Source of the DNA: an uncultured Candidatus Saccharibacteria bacterium
GTDB taxonomy: Bacteria > Patescibacteriota > Saccharimonadia > Saccharimonadales > Saccharimonadaceae
DNA length: 64,000 bases
NCBI GenBank assembly: GCA_948648655.1
Contig: CAPKVJ010000004.1
Coordinates: 4,832 to 68,831 of the forward strand
Direction: 5' to 3'
In this document: positions 48,801 through 59,470 of the stretch, piece by piece
Numbering within the stretch: the first letter of the stretch is position 1
Layout: every line of letters begins with the position of its first letter
Notes under the pieces: generated by a model
Database searches by the model: none
What the model was told of the DNA's origin: nothing
Seen by the model: the letters and a program-made list of their open reading frames with translations, nothing else
Program-made: the position numbers and the translations under genes

Positions 48801-50816
48801 ATGGTAGAAAAATCCGCAGGGGAAGACAAAAACATTGAGCCAGTAAGCATTGAAAAAAATACAAAAAAGAAGGACGAGAATCCCAAGTCTAGACGATACA
48901 AGCACCCAATGCCTGGAGTGCTAAGGGTGCTTTCTTCGGGAATGTTTTTGTTAGTGGTCTCGATTTTGATTACATGGTATGTGTTGTGGCGAGGGTTCAA
49001 CTGTGATAATGAGGCGTTAGGGGCATTTATTCGTGATAAGACTGGTCTTTTTAGCTATAGCTGTTTGATCATCTTCCTACTAACAACGACTTTGGCAGCT
49101 TTTTTGTGGCGGCCTTTCTTAGCAGCAGGGATTGTATTTTCGATTGCAAGTGCCCTGACTTACGCACACATACAGAAGTTAGAGGTGCGGGCGACACCAC
49201 TTCTGCCGGAGGATTTATTGATGGCAGATCAGATGGGAGAGCTGGAGAGTTTTATTGATGTCGGCGATATAGTGCGTCTGGTCGCAGGAATTTGTTTCGT
49301 TTTGCTCGGCTGTGGGTTATTGGAGCACTTTTTGAGGCGTGTCATCGGGCGAGATAGGAAGGCGTTGCCATTTTGGGATCGAATTGCGTTGATCCCTAGA
49401 TTAGCGGTTGGTTTTACTTCTCTAGCAATACTCGTAATGTTGGCGGCACCAGTTATGCAACAGGATGCGAGCAAAATAGACCCTGAATGGCTTGATACGA
49501 ATTTAGACTTCGTTGCTTGGCGACAATGGGAAAATTACGGCAAGAATGGTTTTGTGATTGGGTTTTTATATAATTTATCGTCATTAAGGCTCAAGGAGCC
49601 AGAGGGCTATAGTCGCGAACGAGTAGCAGAGATTTATGAAGAGTATGAGGCGGACAAAGAAAAAGATGCCGACAGGAAACCATTAAGCGAATTAGTCGAC
49701 AATCTGATTGTCGTACTGAGTGAGAGTTCATATGATCCCGCCGTATTAGGTGAACGCTATGCAAACTCGGGGGGTGATGTGACGCCAAATTTGCATAAAC
49801 TTTTCAAAGAATACCCCAGCGGATACATGTATTCACCTGAATATGGCGGTGGCACAGCTAATGTCGAATTTGCAGTATTGACTGGGTTGTCTAACGCTTG
49901 GCTGAATACAACACCGTACGTCTCTTCGCTTGCAAAGGCAAAAACTGTTGAAGGAATAGCTAGTCTAGCAAAGGCTAATGGCTTCGAGAACACGGCCATA
50001 CATTCGTATTATGGTACGATGTATAAGCGAGATTTTGTTTATAATAATATGCTGTTTGACGATTTTATTGATGTTGAGGGCATGCAACATCGCGAACACG
50101 AATATTTGAGCGAGTATATAAATGACCGGTCGGTTTATCAAGAAGCACTAGATGTTTTACGCAATGGGGATGGAAAGAAAATGCTGAATTTAGTAACGAT
50201 GCAAAACCATGCTCCATATAATTTTGCAAAGTATCCCGAAACTAATTTCCCTATCAAAAATCCGGGCGGAGTAATTAATGTCTCATATACGGAAGCATCG
50301 TATGAAAGTCTGTACCATGCTGATGAGTATCTGGGCGAGTTCATTGAGGGACTAGACAAGCTAGAGGGCAAGACCGTGATGCTATGGTACGGCGATCATG
50401 CTGCTGGGGTGTTGAGGGATTATGCGGAATCTGGGGATCCTGAATTGGTAAACCTAACGCATCTGACGCCGTATTTTGTGTATGCGAATTTTGGACTAAA
50501 TGATCTATATACGGAAGAAGAAATTGCTGAATGGAATAAAGAACTGGGGTTTGATTTCCCGACAAAAGGCGTGGATTTGCCGACCGTGACGCCAAATTGT
50601 TTGTCAAATATTATGTATAACTTGCTAGGAGCAGAAAAGCCAGTACTGGGATACGTATTAGATGAGGTGTGTAGCAATATAGACACGGCGATACTAGCGC
50701 CATCGTACCATCAAGAAAGCGGATTGCCAGAGAATAAACTCGCGGAAGATTACGAGCTCCTTAGCTACGATCTACTGGGTGGGAAGTATTATTGGCGGGA
50801 TTTGGAAAAGAAATAA
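48801..50816 (+). CDS. LTA synthase / sulfatase-family membrane protein
   Basis: N-terminal TMs; VVLSES, GGGTANVEF, TMQNHAPY, YGDH. Confidence 0.88.
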   Translation: MVEKSAGEDKNIEPVSIEKNTKKKDENPKSRRYKHPMPGVLRVLSSGMFLLVVSILITWYVLWRGFNCDNEALGAFIRDKTGLFSYSCLIIFLLTTTLAAFLWRPFLAAGIVFSIASALTYAHIQKLEVRATPLLPEDLLMADQMGELESFIDVGDIVRLVAGICFVLLGCGLLEHFLRRVIGRDRKALPFWDRIALIPRLAVGFTSLAILVMLAAPVMQQDASKIDPEWLDTNLDFVAWRQWENYGKNGFVIGFLYNLSSLRLKEPEGYSRERVAEIYEEYEADKEKDADRKPLSELVDNLIVVLSESSYDPAVLGERYANSGGDVTPNLHKLFKEYPSGYMYSPEYGGGTANVEFAVLTGLSNAWLNTTPYVSSLAKAKTVEGIASLAKANGFENTAIHSYYGTMYKRDFVYNNMLFDDFIDVEGMQHREHEYLSEYINDRSVYQEALDVLRNGDGKKMLNLVTMQNHAPYNFAKYPETNFPIKNPGGVINVSYTEASYESLYHADEYLGEFIEGLDKLEGKTVMLWYGDHAAGVLRDYAESGDPELVNLTHLTPYFVYANFGLNDLYTEEEIAEWNKELGFDFPTKGVDLPTVTPNCLSNIMYNLLGAEKPVLGYVLDEVCSNIDTAILAPSYHQESGLPENKLAEDYELLSYDLLGGKYYWRDLEKK

Positions 50817-50841
50817 GCGGCGTAGACAGAGTTCTGGAACT

Positions 50842-52263
50842 CTACCTGTTCTTCGGAAACAAGGCCTGTTCTGGAGCAGTAATGACTGTTTGTGCCGTAA
50901 ATATCTCAATGATTTTGCCTGCCGTATCTGGTAGGAATGGTACTAGTAATTTTGCAACTTCAAGCAAAGATTCGACTAGCGCATGCAAAACCTCTTCTAG
51001 TTTACTAGTTTCGCCATTTTTGGCTAATTCCCAAGGTTTCTGCTGGTCGATTGTACGGTTTATATCCTGCACCCTTCCCCAAGCATAATCGAGGGCTTTA
51101 GTAAATTCATAATTCCCCATTAAATCGAGATATTCCGGCGATAGCTCATTTGAGCAATCACAACCTTTGATCTGATTCTTGTGACAAAGTGTGGCGAGCC
51201 TCTGAACGAGATTGCCGAGATCATTAGCAAGTTCGTTATTGTAGGCGTCTTCGAATTTTTCCCACGTAAAATCAGAATCAGCGAAGGTATCAACATGACG
51301 CAAGAAATAGTAGCGGAAAGCTTCTACTCCATGTTCATCGATTACCTCTAGCGGATCTACAACATTACCAATACTCTTGCTCATTTTTTGACCATCAGCG
51401 AGAACATAGCCATGCGATACGATGTGCTCTGGAAGAGGCAAGTCGAGTCCCAGCAGAATTGCCGGCCAAGTAATAGCATGAAAGCGCAAAATATCCTTGC
51501 CAATAAATTGCGTATCTGCTGGCCAAAAGTCAGAAATGTCGTTATCCGGGTAGCCCAAAACTGTGATATAGTTGCTCAAGGCATCAAGCCAAACATACAT
51601 GACTTGCGAATCATCATCAGGGACTGGTACACCCCAGCTGAGTTGCCCAACAGGGCGCGAGATAGAAATGTCAGGGGCATCATCAAGGAGACGTAAAACT
51701 TCTTTCTTGCGAAATTCAGGAAGAATTTGCATTTTATCGCGCTCAATTTGGTCGCGAATTTCGTCTTTAAAATCAGAAATCCGCAAATAATAATTCTTTT
51801 CGGTCAATTTTTCATAAGGTTTTTGGTGGTCCGGGCAACAGCCATGATTCTCTTCGTATTCTTTTGCCGTAACGAAGCGTTCGCAGCCTTCACAATACCA
51901 ACCGTTATAGTCTGCCGAGTAGATGTGCGGGGTAAGTTTTCGCCATATTTCTTGACAACGACGCACGTGATCAGGATCAGTGGTACGGATTATGTCAGAA
52001 TAACTAATATTGAGCTTTTGAACAAAATCTTGGAATTTTTTTGAGTTGAGGGTAGCATATTCTTCTACTGACATGCCATTCTTGGCTGCGGTACTAAAAA
52101 CTTTATTACCATGTTCATCGGTACCGATTTGAAAACGCACTTCATCACCCAAACTGCGGCGAAAACGTGCATAGGCATCTGCCAATAGATAATCCATCGC
52201 ATGGCCAATATGCGGATTACCATTAACATAAGGTATTGCGGTACAAATATAAACTTTTGACAT
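50842..52263 (-). CDS. metG: Methionine-tRNA ligase
   Basis: YVNGNPHIGH, GTDEHG, YVWLDAL, KMSKS. Confidence 0.97.
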   Translation of the reverse strand: MSKVYICTAIPYVNGNPHIGHAMDYLLADAYARFRRSLGDEVRFQIGTDEHGNKVFSTAAKNGMSVEEYATLNSKKFQDFVQKLNISYSDIIRTTDPDHVRRCQEIWRKLTPHIYSADYNGWYCEGCERFVTAKEYEENHGCCPDHQKPYEKLTEKNYYLRISDFKDEIRDQIERDKMQILPEFRKKEVLRLLDDAPDISISRPVGQLSWGVPVPDDDSQVMYVWLDALSNYITVLGYPDNDISDFWPADTQFIGKDILRFHAITWPAILLGLDLPLPEHIVSHGYVLADGQKMSKSIGNVVDPLEVIDEHGVEAFRYYFLRHVDTFADSDFTWEKFEDAYNNELANDLGNLVQRLATLCHKNQIKGCDCSNELSPEYLDLMGNYEFTKALDYAWGRVQDINRTIDQQKPWELAKNGETSKLEEVLHALVESLLEVAKLLVPFLPDTAGKIIEIFTAQTVITAPEQALFPKNR

Positions 52264-52325
52264 GATATACTTATTATACTACAAAAAATCCCCCGAATGG
52301 AGGATCTTTTGCTAATAGCTCTAAG

Positions 52326-53444
52326 CTATTCAGTACTACAGTTAAAACCGGAAGCTACGTAATGCGCTTCGACGCCACTAATGGACAAATCCTGATCGAC
52401 GGCGCCCTCGCCATAAATTAGGCCTTGTGCGACGCTGTCAGTCAAATCTGTACCTTCGATTAATTTATAGGTTGATTTCATTGTGCTGCCCTCAATCGCC
52501 TGCTCGCCGACTAATACGCCTTGTGTATTGAATGAAGCGGCGAAGTTATCGCGTGCGACATTAGCATCGCCCTCGTTATCAAGAGTTGCGTCATAATTGA
52601 ACTCGATTGAGCTTAATTTATCATTAGTGTAATCAGCTACAACTGCGACGTTACCAATTACCTCATGATCGTAACCGATGAGATAATTAAAATCGCTAGA
52701 TTTGGTGCAAGTGAGAATCTGCATAGAATCGTCCGTATTGTCTTCGGAGATGCTAGGAACATAAACAACCTTCGGGTTATCTAATGCCTTGAAATAAAGA
52801 ACTGCAAAAACGATAGCAGCGATAACCCCCAGTACAGCGATAGCCGCTAGTAGGATTGTCAGAGTATTGGAGCCGGCAGGTTTTTTCATTTTTGGCGCAG
52901 CAGTAGGCTGAACAGGAGGAGCCATTGTTGGTGCGGATGCCGGCATTGATGTGGGCGTAGGATTAGGTGATGCTACCGGTGTAGCGGTAGAGGCCGAAGA
53001 AGCATGAGGTGTAGTAGAAGCAGAGCCAGGTGCGGTTGTAGGGGCAGCTACTGGCGTCGTCTGTTCATTGCTAGTAGCACTGGGCTGTGAAAATGGATTA
53101 TACGGAGCTTGTGCAGGTGCACTGCTAGCTGCAGTATCAAGTGGGTCACTAGGGCTTGGAGAGAGCGGATTAGTCGGAGCCGGAGCGACATCCGCTGGTA
53201 CGGAAGTTACGCTACCGATTGAGCCTGGTACTGGTGCAGCCGGCACCAGAGGCTCTTCAATTGTTGGTGGGGCAAAGGGGTTTTCTGCAGGTGCACTATC
53301 AGTCGTGATACCATCAAGCCCAGAGACAGCCGAAAGATCTGTTGATATCGGAGACGTTAGGTCCGAGCTATCTGCTGGAGCGGGTGACGCTCCTAGATTT
53401 GGTATGCCCGAGTTTGTTAATGGATTGTTATCTTCAGGGTTCAT
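52326..53444 (-). CDS. Pro/Ala/Thr-rich single-TM hypothetical protein
   Basis: Long low-complexity N-terminus, TM, extracellular domain. Confidence 0.75.
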   Translation of the reverse strand: MNPEDNNPLTNSGIPNLGASPAPADSSDLTSPISTDLSAVSGLDGITTDSAPAENPFAPPTIEEPLVPAAPVPGSIGSVTSVPADVAPAPTNPLSPSPSDPLDTAASSAPAQAPYNPFSQPSATSNEQTTPVAAPTTAPGSASTTPHASSASTATPVASPNPTPTSMPASAPTMAPPVQPTAAPKMKKPAGSNTLTILLAAIAVLGVIAAIVFAVLYFKALDNPKVVYVPSISEDNTDDSMQILTCTKSSDFNYLIGYDHEVIGNVAVVADYTNDKLSSIEFNYDATLDNEGDANVARDNFAASFNTQGVLVGEQAIEGSTMKSTYKLIEGTDLTDSVAQGLIYGEGAVDQDLSISGVEAHYVASGFNCSTE

Positions 53445-53554
53445 TCTGCCTCCCTTTTGCCTACTTTCATTATTTTAATTTGTTCTATTTTTGTGGTTTA
53501 TACCTAGTTCTGATTTTATTTTAACGCTTATGCTACGATAAAGCAAGCACTTTT

Positions 53555-54322
53555 TTACTTCATAGCTCTTGCCAACTCTTCCCAATCTATTAGTTCAAGG
53601 TCTTGGGCACGGGCATTAGGACTGATACCATTTTTAAATAGAATTTCCTGCCATGCTTCTCGCGTATTGCCATATCCGGTAAGATTATGAATTAGTTTCT
53701 TGCGTGGGCTCGAAAAACCACGTTTAGCAAGCTTGACCGCTTCCGGCGATAGAATCTTCTCCTGAAGCGGAGTCAATATAATGACTTGGCTGTCTACTTT
53801 GGGCGGAGGCGTAAATTCTGCCGCTTTGACGACTGGGCCTAGTTCGACTTCGGCCCGGTTCTGTACGCTGACTGACAAAAAGGTATGGGAGCCAGGTTCG
53901 GCAGCAATACGTTCGGCGACTTCTTTTTGAATTAGTAATACAATGCGACGGGGAGATGGTGTGGCATTTAGTAAATGTCGGATAATTGGCGAAGTAATGT
54001 AATAAGGAATATTCCCAACTACAACATAGTTGTCAGTCTTTACAGTTACAGACAATTTTACTTGCAAGATATCATCATGAATAACTTCGAGATTTGTATT
54101 GGGGAAAGATTTGGGTAGATTTGTCGCTAAACGCTCATCAAATTCAACCGCAATCACTTTTGAAAAACGTTTCAATAAACTAGAGGTCAGAGTACCAAGA
54201 CCAGGCCCGATTTCAAGGCATACAGTCTCTGCGTCGGCGCCGTCTCGTGCGAGATTGGCAATTTCATCAAGTATGGCACGATTTTTGAGCCAGTGTTGGC
54301 CGAGCGACTTGTTGTTTTTCAT
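53555..54322 (-). CDS. rsmA: 16S rRNA dimethyladenosine transferase
   Basis: KSLGQHWL, LEIGPGLG, VGNIPYYITSP, FTPPPKVDS. Confidence 0.96.
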   Translation of the reverse strand: MKNNKSLGQHWLKNRAILDEIANLARDGADAETVCLEIGPGLGTLTSSLLKRFSKVIAVEFDERLATNLPKSFPNTNLEVIHDDILQVKLSVTVKTDNYVVVGNIPYYITSPIIRHLLNATPSPRRIVLLIQKEVAERIAAEPGSHTFLSVSVQNRAEVELGPVVKAAEFTPPPKVDSQVIILTPLQEKILSPEAVKLAKRGFSSPRKKLIHNLTGYGNTREAWQEILFKNGISPNARAQDLELIDWEELARAMK

Positions 54323-54323
54323 T

Positions 54324-55349
54324 TTAGTACCAATGGTGTTCCCACCACCAGTTCATCGCGTTCTGCCAGCCACCATAACGACCATTGACATAATTGATCA
54401 TCCAGCGAATTTGGGTCACCGGATTAGTTTCCCAGTCAGCACCAGCAGAGTTCATTTTGTTTCCTGGTTTGGCCTGCGGAATACCGTAAGCGCCAGAGGG
54501 GTTTGCTGCATCCACGCGGCAGCCAGATTCATGATAGATCAGCTCAAGTGCCACCGATAGATCGTTTTCTGACACACCAGCTTCACGTGCCCAATTGGCA
54601 CACTGCTGGCGTTCGGGCGAGATAGAAGCTTTGGCACCGACAATGACGATTTCTGGTACCGGTTCAAGTTTTACTTCTTCGGAGATAAGCTTGCGTGAAA
54701 CTTCAACATTATTTTCGAATTGCACTTCGTAAACTTTGGTACGACGACCTTCCGCGCCGGCTTGTTCGAGCTGGCGTTCGCCTTTAGCAAGATTATAGTC
54801 GTAACGGGTCTCGGTCGGATAGGCAATAGCTTCGTCTTCGGTCACGGTGCGACCGCCGTTGCGCTCGATCTGATAAGTAGAGACTGCCCCAGCCTCCAGA
54901 AAATTATCATTGATTTTGGTATTAATCTCATCCCCATCATAAACCGTCACCCCAGCTTCACGCATGATTTGTTTGGGGTCATAGCTAGCAGTCATGATGT
55001 ATTGTCGCTTGGAGCCATCGATGACAAGTGCCGGTCGAGCACGATAGATGTTAATATTGTAGTCAACGCCGCCCATTTCGGTATCAAGTGCTGGCTCGAC
55101 GATATCGACGTCATTTAGCTCAATATTGGCTCGTTCAAGGACCTCTTTTACTGTAGAAGCTGATGTTTTGACCGTCAAAAACGAACCATCATCATGAATG
55201 GTGACAAAGTGCGGCTCAACTTCGCTAGTTTCGTCTTCCGCAAAAACAAAATCGCTGCGCGTGCTACATGCGGCCACCAAAAACAGCCCCATGACGACTA
55301 GCAACGCCGCACAGCAAAAATTTCTCAATTTGGTTTGCAATTTCATCAT
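54324..55349 (-). CDS. DUF348/G5-domain protein with C-terminal lytic transglycosylase-like domain (RpfB/YabE-like)
   Basis: TVKEVL repeats, G5 domain, HESG...GAYGIPQA..; typical position upstream of rsmA. Confidence 0.85.
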   Translation of the reverse strand: MMKLQTKLRNFCCAALLVVMGLFLVAACSTRSDFVFAEDETSEVEPHFVTIHDDGSFLTVKTSASTVKEVLERANIELNDVDIVEPALDTEMGGVDYNINIYRARPALVIDGSKRQYIMTASYDPKQIMREAGVTVYDGDEINTKINDNFLEAGAVSTYQIERNGGRTVTEDEAIAYPTETRYDYNLAKGERQLEQAGAEGRRTKVYEVQFENNVEVSRKLISEEVKLEPVPEIVIVGAKASISPERQQCANWAREAGVSENDLSVALELIYHESGCRVDAANPSGAYGIPQAKPGNKMNSAGADWETNPVTQIRWMINYVNGRYGGWQNAMNWWWEHHWY

Positions 55350-55448
55350 TGCAATGTCATTATATCAAAGAAGCAGCAAAAAGTCAAGTTTTTAGCATAA
55401 ACTACTTCAAAAATGCATATTTATTAAGAGATATGTTATATTGATAAT

Positions 55449-56582
55449 ATGTCAGAGAGGTTAAAAGGCCCTAATTCGGGTGAAGTTCAGGTGCCAGCGG
55501 AGCGTTTTCGGGTAGATCCGCAGGATTATCCTATTTTGAAGAAGCAATATGAGCTAGATGATCGTTGGGGGAATAATACTCGTCATACTTGGAATATTGA
55601 TAAAACAGCGAGCACTTATGTGACGGATACAGCGAATTTGATCGCAACACTTGATGGTACTTCGACAGAGTATGAGGATAACGCAGAATTGCCAAGACCA
55701 GACCATGTGATCTACCTGGACAAGTCAGCGCGTCCGGTAAGCTGGTTTGTCAACGTTTTCTGGGATACTTTCTCAGAAAACGAGCGGCCCGCTCACTCTT
55801 ACCTCAACATTGATCGACAACCGTGGTTGCGCCGTAGTGGGTTGGTATTAGATGCAAATGGCTATATCACCGATCCCGATGGTTCACAACACCGCAGCAA
55901 ACCCAGCGATTTCAAGATTGAGAATATTCCGAAGGATGATTTTGCTAGGATTCGGGCACTTTATATTGATGGCGGTATAGAGGAAGAAGATGCCGAAAAG
56001 ATCATGCATACGCCGTCAAAGTTAGATGGGAAAAATATTTTGATTGTTGATGAAGTAAAACGTTCGGGAGCAACGTTAGATATTGCGCAGCAATTAATTG
56101 AAAGGGCGTTCCCCGAAGCGGCTAGTGTGCGCGGAGCTTATTTTTGGAAAAGTGGCGCGAAGGTAAGTCCAGACGGGGAGGAATCCCAGATGTTGAGCGT
56201 GCCGATTTGGTATGATTCTACAAGGGAGGAAGGTAGAGGAATTGGCGATATCGAACCAGGTTTCTACGAGCGGAGATTTGAAAAATGGCAAAATCCTAGA
56301 GCTAGAGCACAGAAATTTGGTTCTCTTGTGTTGAGTTCGATGGTAGATTTAAGGACCGAGCCTGGCAATAGGTCGAGAGAATTAATGCGTGAAATTAAGC
56401 AAATGAAACAAGATTTTGAAGATGGGAAAATCTTAATGCGCTTCCCGGATAATTATGATGGAGATCGGATGGAAGCGTATATTGAGGCGACGGGATTGCG
56501 ACTTGCTCCAGCCAGCGATAAGTCGCTGGATACCTATGCAAATGTCGCACGAGCGATCGACTCACGGATGCCAGAAGAATAG
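55449..56582 (+). CDS. Hypothetical protein with phosphoribosyltransferase-like motif
   Basis: GKNILIVDEVKRSGATL PRPP-binding-like motif; YLDKSARP. Confidence 0.6.
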   Translation: MSERLKGPNSGEVQVPAERFRVDPQDYPILKKQYELDDRWGNNTRHTWNIDKTASTYVTDTANLIATLDGTSTEYEDNAELPRPDHVIYLDKSARPVSWFVNVFWDTFSENERPAHSYLNIDRQPWLRRSGLVLDANGYITDPDGSQHRSKPSDFKIENIPKDDFARIRALYIDGGIEEEDAEKIMHTPSKLDGKNILIVDEVKRSGATLDIAQQLIERAFPEAASVRGAYFWKSGAKVSPDGEESQMLSVPIWYDSTREEGRGIGDIEPGFYERRFEKWQNPRARAQKFGSLVLSSMVDLRTEPGNRSRELMREIKQMKQDFEDGKILMRFPDNYDGDRMEAYIEATGLRLAPASDKSLDTYANVARAIDSRMPEE

Positions 56583-56612
56583 AAAAAGACCCCGTTAGGG
56601 GCCCTGCGGGCA

Positions 56613-56921
56613 TCATTCGTTCAGATTATTATATCGCAATAAAATTGCATCGAATTCTGGACGCCCATAGTTAATATGTACTTCGCCCAAAACTGGGCAT
56701 TTTAGAGTAGCCTCAAACTTCGCAACAAAGGAGTTAGGGTATTCCTCTTTCCAGGTCCACCTGGCTTCGATATTGTAAGATTCTTGAGTTGTCTCATCGA
56801 TCAGACCGACAAAATTAGTAGTTTGACCGACTCTGATGTCCTCAAATTTTACCCTAGCATCTCCTGTGAAACGAAGTGTAATGATCCCCGTGAGACCATC
56901 TGGTATTCTTGTGCCAGACAA
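56613..56921 (-). CDS. Hypothetical protein
   Basis: TTG start with GAGG upstream; consensus promoter at 56993-57023. Confidence 0.5.
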   Translation of the reverse strand: MSGTRIPDGLTGIITLRFTGDARVKFEDIRVGQTTNFVGLIDETTQESYNIEARWTWKEEYPNSFVAKFEATLKCPVLGEVHINYGRPEFDAILLRYNNLNE

Positions 56922-57064
56922 AGACCTCGCCCCCTATCATAAGCTGACCATTTCGAGTTTCAGTGCTATGGCTGTAAGCCTGCACTCTTTCTATTGTAGC
57001 ATACTCGGCTCAAAAAGTCAATATTTTTCCGATAGATTTCTATCTTTGGCAACCGTAAGAAATA

Positions 57065-59254
57065 TTATCCTTCAAAAACTGGCACATCGTCAGGAAAAGG
57101 GTCAAAATCTTGGTCCAAATCGCTGTCAAAACCGTCGAAATCTCCACTTTCATTCCCCGTACTGCCAAATTCCCCATCGGGGTCACCGCCCAGAATACCA
57201 AGACTGCCGACGCTCAAACCCGCATTGCTTCCGTCAATATCGAAGGCACCCGATTCGCCAAAATTCCCCGAACCGTAAGGATTATAGCCTAGTTCAAGCA
57301 GGAATTGTGACGGCTCGTTGTAGGTCCTACCGCCGAAGGCATAGCGAGAACTGGCAAAAGTCAGGAAAAGGTCATGCATCGCGCGTGTCATGCCCACATA
57401 AGCCAGACGACGCTCTTCTTCAAGAGCTTCCTCTGAACCATCCGAGCGACTGCTGGGAAAGAGCCCTTCTTCAAGACCAACCATAAAAACCACTGGGAAC
57501 TCAAGGCCTTTTGCAGCATGTAAGGTCATAAGTGATACGGAATTTTTGGAGGTCGCCTCATCAGCCGAGCTCAAGAGAGCAGCATCAGCCAAAAAATCAT
57601 CAAGCGTATCGTAAGCACTAGCATTGCTGGCCAAAACCTCAAGGTTCTGCATACGTTCGGTGCCTTCGGGAGTTTCGCTGTGGAGAAGCCCTGCAAAATC
57701 AAAATATTTTATAGTGTGTTCGACAACTTCAGCTGGCGGCGTCATGACCGTAGCACCAGCGAGAATCTCGGCAGCTTCAGCTCCTAGCACATCTGATAGA
57801 GCAGTCGCTTCTTTTTCTTGAGAATAGTAATCGTCAATGTAGTTTGCTAGCCGCATCATACTAGTCTTGGCGCGAGCACTTAAACTCTCGGCAGCCATAC
57901 GCAAATCGGCTTCCGGATTAGCATCAAAAAGTTGGAAAATTTTTTCTAATGACATTTGTCCAACGCCAGAGAGGACATTTTTGGCGGCACGTTCAAGACT
58001 AACACGGTCATGCGGGTTGATAAGTAAACGTAGTAAAGCAACGACATCTTTGACTTCTTTGCGATCATAAAAACGTACGCCGCCAATGATTTTGTAAGGA
58101 ATATGACGCATGATAAAAGCTTTCTCAAAAGCATAGGACTGGGCGTTAGTGCGATAAAGTACCGCAAAATCGCTAAATTCGTGCTGCGATTTCAGGCGCG
58201 TAATCTGGCGAGTAACATAATCAGCTTCAGCATTTTCATCCATAGTAGCTTCGATTGTAATTGGGCTACCTTTGCCAGCTTCGGTAAAAAGAGTTTTTTC
58301 GGTACGAGTTTTGTTTTGGTTGATGATCTGCTGGGAGGCAGCGAGAATATTGCCAGTGCTGCGATAATTTTGCTCAAGTTTGATAACTTTGGCACCAGGA
58401 AAATCGCGTTCAAAATTTAAAATGTTAGTAAAATCGGCTCCCCGCCAGGAATATATCGACTGCCAGTCGTCACCGACGACACAAATATTGCGTTCTGCGT
58501 TGACAAGATATTTAATTAGGCGATACTGGATAGCGTTAGTATCCTGATATTCATCAATGAGAATGTGACGAAAACGTTGCTGCCATTTCTGGCGCACGGC
58601 AGCGTTGTCGTGTAGGAGTTGAGCGGTTTTGAGCAATAAATCCTCAAAATCAAGCGCAGCGGCAGCGGTTTTTTCGAGCTCATATTGGGCGAAAACTTCG
58701 GCGGCGAATTTTTGGTTGGGGTAGATGGCTTCTTTCTCGGCATCTGCAGGCGTAAGACCAGCGGTTTGCCAGCTCGAAATCTGGCTATGGACGGACTTGG
58801 GCGTATTTTTTTTCTCGCTAGAAAGTTTCATATTGCGCATAATGCGGCGGATGAGAGTTAGCTGGTCATCTGAATCGTAAATAGTAAAATTCCGGCTAAT
58901 ACCGGCAGCGAGATATTCAATCCGCAAAATCCGCACACAAATACCGTGAAAGGTCCCCATATAAGGCATGAAGCTACGCGGAGGCTCACCAGAACTGAAG
59001 CTAAAACTAGCTTCATCCAGAGTATGTTTTAAAAGTTTCCAAAGACGGGAACGCATTTCGCGAGCAGCTTTGTTGGTAAAAGTGACGGCCAAAATCTCAT
59101 TCGGACGCGTACCGTGCGCTATGAGATTGGCGATGCGATGAGTCAGAACTTTAGTTTTGCCAGAGCCAGCTCCAGCCAAGACGAGCACCGGGCCGTTTAA
59201 CGTTTCGACAGCGTCCTGTTGAGCTGGGTTTAAACCTCCGAGAATTGGATTCAT
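57065..59254 (-). CDS. pcrA: ATP-dependent DNA helicase PcrA/UvrD
   Basis: AGAGSGKT, IDEYQDTN, GDDWQSIYSWRGA, HAAKGLEF, EERRLAYVGMTRA; start at ATG 59254. Confidence 0.95.
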   Translation of the reverse strand: MNPILGGLNPAQQDAVETLNGPVLVLAGAGSGKTKVLTHRIANLIAHGTRPNEILAVTFTNKAAREMRSRLWKLLKHTLDEASFSFSSGEPPRSFMPYMGTFHGICVRILRIEYLAAGISRNFTIYDSDDQLTLIRRIMRNMKLSSEKKNTPKSVHSQISSWQTAGLTPADAEKEAIYPNQKFAAEVFAQYELEKTAAAALDFEDLLLKTAQLLHDNAAVRQKWQQRFRHILIDEYQDTNAIQYRLIKYLVNAERNICVVGDDWQSIYSWRGADFTNILNFERDFPGAKVIKLEQNYRSTGNILAASQQIINQNKTRTEKTLFTEAGKGSPITIEATMDENAEADYVTRQITRLKSQHEFSDFAVLYRTNAQSYAFEKAFIMRHIPYKIIGGVRFYDRKEVKDVVALLRLLINPHDRVSLERAAKNVLSGVGQMSLEKIFQLFDANPEADLRMAAESLSARAKTSMMRLANYIDDYYSQEKEATALSDVLGAEAAEILAGATVMTPPAEVVEHTIKYFDFAGLLHSETPEGTERMQNLEVLASNASAYDTLDDFLADAALLSSADEATSKNSVSLMTLHAAKGLEFPVVFMVGLEEGLFPSSRSDGSEEALEEERRLAYVGMTRAMHDLFLTFASSRYAFGGRTYNEPSQFLLELGYNPYGSGNFGESGAFDIDGSNAGLSVGSLGILGGDPDGEFGSTGNESGDFDGFDSDLDQDFDPFPDDVPVFEG

Positions 59255-59317
59255 TATATGATTATAACACAGATTAGGCACAGAGATATGGGTCTAATCA
59301 CAGGAGGCTTCACCATC

Positions 59318-59430
59318 AAAAATGCGACTATCTGCTAGTCGCTAAACTGAACAATCCCTTAATCGAGAAATTGCGCAAATAGCCGCACTCTCCTCTCGAT
59401 CGGGGCGTTCAATGATTATTCAGTTTAGCA
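59318..59430 (-). ncRNA. Candidate structured small RNA
   Basis: Extended -10 TGTTATAAT upstream; GCTAAACTGAA/TTCAGTTTAGC closing stem; GCGACTA-GCAGA-TAGTCGC plus T-run terminator. Confidence 0.45.
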
Positions 59431-59470
59431 TTTTCATTATAACATGTTTAAGGCAAAAAGATAATGAAAA

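Noticed and set aside
56836..57486. 216-aa plus-strand ORF and other long antisense ORFs over rarA, uvrA, pheS, metG and alaS
   Set aside because: Shadow frames of well-supported genes on the opposite strand.
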